Part shown: piece after piece, positions 62,988 through 64,000 of the stretch | Layout of the letters: the number at the start of each line of letters is the position of its first letter | How positions within the stretch are numbered: the stretch's first letter is position 1 | Source of the DNA: Macrostomum lignano | Lineage: Eukaryota | Direction of reading: 5' to 3' | Assembly: GCA_002269645.1 (NCBI GenBank) | Contig: NIVC01002163.1 | Span: 124,001 to 188,000 of the forward strand | DNA length: 64,000 bases | Made by a program: the position numbers and the translations under genes | The notes under the pieces: model-generated | Seen by the model: the letters and a program-made list of their open reading frames with translations, nothing else | What the model was told of the DNA's origin: nothing | Databases searched by the model: none

Positions 62988-64000
62988 CGGCGGCCACGGC
63001 ACAAAAATGAGTCAACGCACACGGCCGGCAAAAAAACGGGATAGAAGGGGAGGAAGGGGAACTGATGGGATCGGTGGGAGGCTTGAGGGGCGCAATTTTG
63101 AAGTCCGGCCGCGCCAGAAACTGGGGGAACAGAACGGAACGGGACTTCGGTGCTTCCATCCTACCCCTCTCCCTATGGCTACAGTGTGTTCAGCAGCTGA
63201 GAGGGGGTGGGAAAGTGTACGCGCTAAAGCTGTTCCGTCTCTGCCGGGGGGAGCGGCTCCGCCTTCCTCCCTTTACCTTAAGCCCCTCGGAGCCTTTTAC
63301 ACTGCGAATTCCAACACCCCGCCCCACCAATGCCCCTGCGTACGCTGCGCGCCGGTCTGGGGTTTAAAGCCTCAGTCTGTTACAGCGGGGACACGCTCGG
63401 CACTCGCGGAGGGTGTGACGGAGGGACAGAGGGGGCGGTGGCGGTGAGGGGCGAGTGCGCGGCACCCTGAAGCGGCACTCTTGCCTCCTCTCTCTGTCTC
63501 TCTCCCTCTCACTCACTCGTAGCACGCTCAGCTCCTCACTAATCTGTGCCAGGCCAGGCCAGGGTCAGGCACAGGCACCCACTCTCACACCTACACTAAA
63601 TATCTATGCATGCATATGCACTGACCGAATTAACAATTAATATATATAATATATATAATTTTACTGCCACAATTATACTACAATAAAAATCCCATAATAA
63701 TAAAAGACAGCAATATTTTTGTTTCTCTCGAAAATGAACAAAAAAATTGAATTCGATTCCTTTTTGGCTTGAACACTGGGGTAGGGGAAGTGGAAGGGAC
63801 GCCGCTCTGTCCAGGGTATCAGCTACAGACCGTGGACTGGACAGCCAAGAAGGGGGTGAGAGAAGGGGAAATGAGGACAGCCCAGTCCGAGGGTGGCTTC
63901 CCTCCAAAGTCTGCGCAACTGAGAGCGCGTGGGCGGAGTGAGGATGAGGCGGAGGAGAGGCTGGCTTTTCAAGGTCGGGCAGCGCAGCCGAATAGGGAAA

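Overview
Eukaryotic (metazoan) genomic DNA with spliceosomal GT-AG introns, not prokaryotic. GC-rich CAG/GCG-rich exons and minisatellite-packed introns resemble a Macrostomum-type flatworm; this is an inference. Most long ORFs in the supplied track are artefacts of tandem repeats or antisense shadows, and several real reading frames are missing from it. Genes reconstructed by hand: (1) a minus-strand death domain + two tandem IRAK/Pelle-like non-RD kinase domains (389-2314), continuing off the left edge through a 32-bp array that spans the exon/intron junction; (2) a plus-strand coiled-coil, Gln-rich, C-terminally anchored membrane protein (5381-7493); (3) two small orphan genes (7848-8180 minus; 9357-10175 plus, frameshifted); (4) BTF3, SmF and RPL7 on the plus strand; (5) a large minus-strand AIP3-domain SRCIN1/KIAA1217-like gene with 9 phase-consistent exons (33743-44548) and probable further exons up to about 61.5 kb. 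Mobile DNA includes a Tc1/mariner relic, a 3.3-kb fold-back palindrome containing a Harbinger-like MITE that contains a 5'-inverted Penelope fragment with a hammerhead ribozyme, and a hAT MITE with an 8-bp TSD. About 25 tandem arrays are present, at least seven with unrelated 21-bp units. A strongly CpG-decayed AT-rich domain lies upstream of BTF3 and SmF. All coordinates were read by eye; exon ends should be close to exact and repeat ends are approximate.
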